The notes under the pieces were generated by a model. It did not search any database. It saw nothing but the letters and a program-made list of their open reading frames with translations, and was not told where the DNA came from. Both the position numbers and the translations under genes were made by a program. A stretch of DNA of 64,000 nt from Auanema rhodensis (taxonomy: Eukaryota > Animalia > Nematoda), in NCBI GenBank assembly GCA_964057225.1, contig OZ059897.1:10664001-10728000 (forward strand). The letters run 5' to 3'. Shown here one piece after another: positions 56,201 to 64,000 of this stretch; the stretch's first letter is position 1; each line of letters starts with the position of its first letter.

Positions 56201-59200
56201 TCGGCCCAAGTAATATAGTGGTTAGTACTCCACGTTGTGGCCGTGGCGACACAGATTCGATTCCTGTTTTGGGCATTTTTTGTTTTGAAATTTAAATGCT
56301 ATAAACATATTGCTTGCTTGTCATGTTAGATTTGTTTATTTCAAATACTTATTTAAGTTCTATCAATTTTCGATTTAATCACGTTCAATCAACTGTATTG
56401 TTTTCAAAAATAAAGACATCTTTCAATTTCTGGTCATTGAATTAGAATTTTCATGTTGTCACACAGAAATTGAAGAATCTTAGTTCATTTCAGTAACAAT
56501 GAACACACTAACTTTGTTAAGTTGTTGTAATATCGGCCCAAGTAGTATAGTGGTTAGTACTCCACGTTGTGGCCGTGGCGACACAGGTTCGATTCCTGTC
56601 TTGGGCATTTTTTGTTTTGAAATTTAAATGCTATAAAATTATTGCTTGCTTGTCATGTTAGATTTCTTCAATTTGAATACTTATTCAAGTTATAACAATT
56701 TTTGATTTAATCACGTTCAATTAACTGTATTGTTTTCAAAAATAAAGACATCTTTCAATTTCTGGTCATTGAATTAGAATTTTCATGTTGTCACACAGAA
56801 ATTGAAGAATCCTAGTTCATTTCAGTAACAATGAACACACTAACTTTGTTAAGTTGTTGTAATATCGGCCCAAGTAGTATGGTGGTTAGTACTCCACGTT
56901 GTGGCCGTGGCGACACAGGTTCGATTCCTGTCTTGGGCATTTTTTGTTTTGAAATTTAAATGCTATAAACATATTGCTTGCTTGTCATGTTAGATTTCTT
57001 CAATTTGAATACTTATTCAAGTTATAACAATTTTTGATTTAATCACGTTCAATTAACTGTATTGTTTTCAAAAATAAAGACATCTTTCAATTTCTGGTCA
57101 TTGAATTAGAATTTTCATGTTGTCACACAGAAATTGAAGAATCTTAGTTCATTTCAGTAACAATGAACACACTAACTTTGTTAAGTTGTTGTAATATCGG
57201 CCCAAGTAGTATAGTGGTTAGTACTCCACGTTGTGGCCGTGGCGACACAGGTTCGATTCCTGTCTTGGGCATTTTTTGTTTTGAAATTTAAATGCTATAA
57301 ACATATTGCTTGCTTGTCATGTTAGATTTCTTCAATTTGAATACTTATTCAAGTTATAACAATTTTTGATTTAATCACGTTCAATTAACTGTATTGTTTT
57401 CAAAAATAAAGACATCTTTCAATTTCTGGTCATTGAATTAGAATTTTCATGTTGTCACACAGATATTGAAGAATCTTAGTTCATTTCAGTAACAATGAAC
57501 ACACTAACTTTGTTAAGTTGTTGTAATATCGGCCCAAGTAGTATGGTGGTTAGTACTCCACGTTGTGGCCGTGGCGACACAGATTCGATTCCTGTCTTGG
57601 GCATTTTTTGTTTTGAAATTAAAGTGCTATAAACATATTGCTTGCTTGTCATGTTAGATTTGTTTAATCCAAATACTTATTTAAGTTCTATCAATTTTCG
57701 ATTTAATCACGTTCAATCAACTGTATTGTTTTCAAAAATAAAGACATCTTTCAATTTCTGGTCATTGAATTAGAATTTTCATGTTGTCACACAGAAATTG
57801 AAGAATCTTAGTTCATTTCAGTAACAATGAACACACTAACTTTGTTAAGTTGTTGTAATATCGGCCCAAGTAGTATAGTGGTTAGTACTCCACGTTGTGG
57901 CCGTGGCGACACAGGTTCGATTCCTGTCTTGGGCATTTTTTGTTTTGAAATTTAAATGCTACAAAATTATTGCTTGCTTGTCATGTTAGATTTGTTTAAT
58001 TCAAATACTTATTTAAGTTCTAACCATTTTTGATTTAATCACGTTCAATTAACTGTATTGTTTTCAAAAATAAAGACAAAATTCAATTTCTGTTCATTGA
58101 ATTAGAATTTTCATGTTGTCACCCAGAAATTGAAGATTCTTAGTTCAATTCAGTAACAATGAACACACTAACTTTGTTAAGTTGTTGTGATATCGGCCTA
58201 AGTAATATAGTGGTTAGTACTCCACGTTGTGGCCGTGGCGACACAGATTCGATTCCTGTCTTGGGCATTTTTTGTTTTGAAATTAAAATGCTACAAAATT
58301 ATTGCTTGCTTGTCATGTTAGATTTGTTTAATTCAAATACTTATTTAAGTTCTAACAATTATCGTTTTAATCACGTTCAATCAACTGTATTGTTTTCAAA
58401 AATAAAGACATCTTTCAATTTCTGGTCATTGAATTAGAATTTTCATGTTGTCACACAGAAAATGGAAAAATCTTAGTTCAATTCAGTAACAACGAACACA
58501 CTAACTTTGTTAAGTTGTTGTAATATCGGCCCAAGTAATATAGTGGTTAGTACTCCACGTTGTGGCCGTGGCGACACACATTCGATTCCTGTTTTGGGCA
58601 TTTTTTGTTTTGAAATTTAAATGCTATAAACATATTGCTTGCTTGTCATGTTAGATTTGTTTATTTCAAATACTTATTTAAGTTCTATCAATTTTCGATT
58701 TAATCACGTTCAATCAACTGTATTGTTTTCAAAAATAAAGACATCTTTCAATTTCTGGTCATTGAATTAGAATTTTCATGTTGTCACACAGAAATTGAAG
58801 AATCTTAGTTCATTTCAGTAACAATGAACACACTAACTTTGTTAAGTTGTTGTAATATCGGCCCAAGTAGTATAGTGGTTAGTACTCCACGTTGTGGCCG
58901 TGGCGACACAGGTTCGATTCCTGTCTTGGGCATTTTTTGTTTTGAAATTTAAATGCTATAAAATTATTGCTTGCTTGTCATGTTAGATTTCTTCAATTTG
59001 AATACTTATTCAAGTTATAACAATTTTTGATTTAATCACGTTCAATTAACTGTATTGTTTTCAAAAATAAAGACATCTTTCAATTTCTGGTCATTGAATT
59101 AGAATTTTCATGTTGTCACACAGAAATTGAAGAATCCTAGTTCATTTCAGTAACAATGAACACACTAACTTTGTTAAGTTGTTGTAATATCGGCCCAAGT

Positions 59201-62200
59201 AGTATGGTGGTTAGTACTCCACGTTGTGGCCGTGGCGACACAGGTTCGATTCCTGTCTTGGGCATTTTTTGTTTTGAAATTTAAATGCTATAAACATATT
59301 GCTTGCTTGTCATGTTAGATTTCTTCAATTTGAATACTTATTCAAGTTATAACAATTTTTGATTTAATCACGTTCAATTAACTGTATTGTTTTCAAAAAT
59401 AAAGACATCTTTCAATTTCTGGTCATTGAATTAGAATTTTCATGTTGTCACACAGAAATTGAAGAATCTTAGTTCATTTCAGTAACAATGAACACACTAA
59501 CTTTGTTAAGTTGTTGTAATATCGGCCCAAGTAGTATAGTGGTTAGTACTCCACGTTGTGGCCGTGGCGACACAGGTTCGATTCCTGTCTTGGGCATTTT
59601 TTGTTTTGAAATTTAAATGCTATAAACATATTGCTTGCTTGTCATGTTAGATTTCTTCAATTTGAATACTTATTCAAGTTATAACAATTTTTGATTTAAT
59701 CACGTTCAATTAACTGTATTGTTTTCAAAAATAAAGACATCTTTCAATTTCTGGTCATTGAATTAGAATTTTCATGTTGTCACACAGAAATTGAAGAATC
59801 TTAGTTCATTTCAGTAACAATGAACACACTAACTTTGTTAAGTTGTTGTAATATCGGCCCAAGTAGTATGGTGGTTAGTACTCCACGTTGTGGCCGTGGC
59901 GACACAGATTCGATTCCTGTCTTGGGCATTTTTTGTTTTGAAATTAAAGTGCTATAAACATATTGCTTGCTTGTCATGTTAGATTTGTTTAATCCAAATA
60001 CTTATTTGAGTTCTATCAATTTTCGATTTAATCACGTTCAATCAACTGTATTGTTTTCAAAAATAAAGACATCTTTCAATTTCTGGTCATTGAATTAGAA
60101 TTTTCATGTTGTCACACAGAAATTGAAGAATCTTAGTTCATTTCAGTAACAATGAACACACTAACTTTGTTAAGTTGTTGTAATATCGGCCCAAGTAGTA
60201 TAGTGGTTAGTACTCCACGTTGTGGCCGTGGCGACACAGGTTCGATTCCTGTCTTGGGCATTTTTTGTTTTGAAATTTAAATGCTACAAAATTATTGCTT
60301 GCTTGTCATGTTAGATTTGTTTAATTCAAATACTTATTTAAGTTCTAACAATTATCGTTTTAATCACGTTCAATCAACTGTATTGTTTTCAAAAATAAAG
60401 ACATCTTTCAATTTCTGGTCATTGAATTAGAATTTTCATGTTGTCACACAGAAAATGGAAAAATCTTAGTTCAATTCAGTAACAACGAACACACTAACTT
60501 TGTTAAGTTGTTGTAATATCGGCCCGAGTAATATAGTGGTTAGTACTCCACGTTGTGGCCGTGGCGACACAGATTCGATTCCTGTTTTGGGCATTTTTTG
60601 TTTTGAAATTTAAATGCTATAAACATATTGCTTGCTTGTCATGTTAGATTTGTTTATTTCAAATACTTATTTAAGTTCTATCAATTTTCGATTTAATCAC
60701 GTTCAATCAACTGTATTGTTTTCAAAAATAAAGACATCTTTCAATTTCTGGTCATTGAATTAGAATTTTCATGTTGTCACACAGAAATTGAAGAATCTTA
60801 GTTCATTTCAGTAACAATGAACACACTAACTTTGTTAAGTTGTTGTAATATTGGCCCAAGTAGTATAGTGATTAGTACTCCACGTTGTGGCCGTGGCGAC
60901 ACAGGTTCGATTCCTGTCTTGGGCATTTTTTGTTTTGAAATTTAAATGCTATAAAATTATTGCTTGCTTGTCATGTTAGATTTGTTTAATTCAAATACTT
61001 ATTTAAGTTCTAACCATTTTTGATTTAATCACGTTCAATTAACTGTATTGTTTTCAAAAATAAAGACAAAATTCAATTTCTGTTCATTGAATTAGAATTT
61101 TCATGTTGTCACACAGAAATTGAAGAATCTTAGTTCATTTCAGTAACAATGAACACACTAACTTTGTTAAGTTGTTGTAATATCGGCCCAAGTAGTATGG
61201 TGGTTAGTACTCCACGTTGTGGCCGTGGCGACACAGATTCGATTCCTGTCTTGGGCATTTTTTGTTTTGAAATTAAAGTGCTATAAACATATTGCTTGCT
61301 TGTCATGTTAGATTTGTTTAATCCAAATACTTATTTAAGTTCTATCAATTTTCGATTTAATCACGTTCAATCAACTGTATTGTTTTCAAAAATAAAGACA
61401 TCTTTCAATTTCTGGTCATTGAATTAGAATTTTCATGTTGTCACACAGAAATTGAAGAATCTTAGTTCATTTCAGTAACAATGAACACACTAACTTTGTT
61501 AAGTTGTTGTAATATTGGCCCAAGTAGTATAGTGATTAGTACTCCACGTTTTGGCCGTGGCGACACAGGTTCGATTCCTGTCTTGGGCATTTTTTGTTTT
61601 GAAATTTAAATGCTATAAAATTATTGCTTGCTTGTCATGTTAGATTTGTTTAATTCAAATACTTATTTAAGTTCTAACCATTTTTGATTTAATCACGTTC
61701 AATTAACTGTATTGTTTTCAAAAATAAAGACAAAATTCAATTTCTGTTCATTGAATTAGAATTTTCATGTTGTCACCCAGAAATTGAAGATTCTTAGTTC
61801 AATTCAGTAACAATGAACACACTAACTTTGTTAAGTTGTTGTGATATCGGCCTAAGTAATATAGTGGTTAGTACTCCACGTTGTGGCCGTGGCGACACAG
61901 ATTCGATTCCTGTCTTGGGCATTTTTTGTTTTGAAATTGAAATGCTACAAAATTATTGCTTGCTTGTCATGTTAGATTTGTTTAATTCAAATACTTATTT
62001 AAGTTCTAACAATTATCGTTTTAATCACGTTCAATCAACTGTATTGTTTTCAAAAATAAAGACATCTTTCAATTTCTGGTCATTGAATTAGAATTTTCAT
62101 GTTGTCACACAGAAAATGGAAAAATCTTAGTTCAATTCAGTAACAACGAACACACTAACTTTGTTAAGTTGTTGTAATATCGGCCCAAGTAATATAGTGG

Positions 62201-64000
62201 TTAGTACTCCACGTTGTGGCCGTGGCGACACAGATTCGATTCCTGTTTTGGGCATTTTTTGTTTTGAAATTTAAATGCTATAAACATATTGCTTGCTTGT
62301 CATGTTAGATTTGTTTATTTCAAATACTTATTTAAGTTCTATCAATTTTCGATTTAATCACGTTCAATCAACTGTATTGTTTTCAAAAATAAAGACATCT
62401 TTCAATTTCTGGTCATTGAATTAGAATTTTCATGTTGTCACACAGAAATTGAAGAATCTTAGTTCATTTCAGTAACAATGAACACACTAACTTTGTTAAG
62501 TTGTTGTAATATCGGCCCAAGTAGTATAGTGGTTAGTACTCCACGTTGTGGCCGTGGCGACACAGGTTCGATTCCTGTCTTGGGCATTTTTTGTTTTGAA
62601 ATTTAAATGCTATAAACATATTGCTTGCTTGTCATGTTAGATTTCTTCAATTTGAATACTTATTCAAGTTATAACAATTTTTGATTTAATCACGTTCAAT
62701 TAACTGTATTGTTTTCAAAAATAAAGACATCTTTCAATTTCTGGTCTTTGAATTAGAATTTTCATGTTGTCACACAGAAATTGAAGAATCTTAGTTCATT
62801 TCAGTAACAATGAACACACTAACTTTGTTAAGTTGTTGTAATATCGGCCCAAGTAGTATGGTGGTTAGTACTCCACGTTGTGGCCGTGGCGACACAGATT
62901 CGATTCCTGTCTTGGGCATTTTTTGTTTTGAAATTAAAGTGCTATAAACATATTGCTTGCTTGTCATGTTAGATTTGTTTAATCCAAATACTTATTTAAG
63001 TTCTATCAATTTTCGATTTAATCACGTTCAATCAACTGTATTGTTTTCAAAAATAAAGACATCTTTCAATTTCTGGTCATTGAATTAGAATTTTCATGTT
63101 GTCACACAGAAATTGAAGAATCTTAGTTCATTTCAGTAACAATGAACACACTAACTTTGTTAAGTTGTTGTAATATCGGCCCAAGTAGTATAGTGGTTAG
63201 TACTCCACGTTGTGGCCGTGGCAACACAGGTTCGATTCCTGTCTTGGGCATTTTTTGTTTTGAAATTTAAATGCTACAAAATTATTGCTTGCTTGTCATG
63301 TTAGATTTGTTTAATTCAAATACTTATTTAAGTTCTAACAATTATCGATTTAATCACGTTCAATCAACTGTATTGTTTTCAAAAATAAAGACATCTTTCA
63401 ATTTCTGGTCATTGAATTAGAATTTTCATGTTGTCACACAGAAATTGAAGAATCTTAGTTCATTTCAGTAACAATGAACACACTAACTTTGTTAAGTTGT
63501 TGTAATATCGGCCCAAGTAGTATGGTGGTTAGTACTCCACGTTGTGGCCGTGGCGACACAGATTCGATTCCTGTCTTGGGCATTTTTTGTTTTGAAATTA
63601 AAGTGCTATAAACATATTGCTTGCTTGTCATGTTAGATTTGTTTAATCCAAATACTTATTTAAGTTCTATCAATTTTCGATTTAATCACGTTCAATCAAC
63701 TGTATTGTTTTCAAAAATAAAGACATCTTTCAATTTCTGGTCATTGAATTAGAATTTTCATGTTGTCACACAGAAATTGAAGAATCTTAGTTCATTTCAG
63801 TAACAATGAACACACTAACTTTGTTAAGTTGTTGTAATATCGGCCCAAGTAGTATAGTGGTTAGTACTCCACGTTGTGGCCGTGGCGACACAGGTTCGAT
63901 TCCTGTCTTGGGCATTTTTTGTTTTGAAATTTAAATGCTACAAAATTATTGCTTGCTTGTCATGTTAGATTTGTTTAATTCAAATACTTATTTAAGTTCT
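41271..64000 (+). repeat. tRNA-His array segment D (~69 genes; continues off the right edge)
   Basis: tRNA starts at 41275 ... 63843, period ~332. Confidence 0.98.
41275..41346 (+). tRNA. tRNA-His(GTG) restored intact by the MULE TSD, with the TIR as its new 5' flank
   Basis: The TSD spans positions -4 to +5 of the gene; the full consensus gene follows. Confidence 0.93.

Noticed and set aside
1356-62091. Repeated 64-92 aa ORFs (MNTLTLLSCC...) in the array
   Set aside because: They read through the tRNA gene and are open only in the minority of units where a TAA has mutated; no protein features.

Overview
AT-rich eukaryotic DNA, most likely from a nematode (tRNA-His sequence type; short introns with TTT(C)AG acceptors). 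The backbone is a head-to-tail tandem array of a 332-bp unit carrying one tRNA-His(GTG) gene, with about 124 complete copies by unit count. Roughly 30% of copies carry B-box and/or A-box damage, and nearly all encode G-1 in the genome. Three transposons interrupt the array. Two are near-identical Ty3/Gypsy LTR elements inserted tail-to-tail 479 bp apart: 15245-24362 (+, 3'-deleted) and 24842-34929 (-, full length). The third is a Mutator-like (MULE) DNA transposon at 37899-41270 with 134-bp TIRs and a 9-bp TSD. The standout feature is the LTR element's single ~2,500-aa ORF in the order Gag - signal peptide - herpesvirus-gB/chuvirus-like class III fusion glycoprotein - TM - PTAP tail - protease - RT - RNase H - integrase. 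The envelope gene therefore sits between gag and pol, not downstream of pol. The element also has non-canonical TG...CG LTR ends, 4-bp TSDs and a tRNA-Gln primer-binding site. All comparisons were made by eye; no searches were run.
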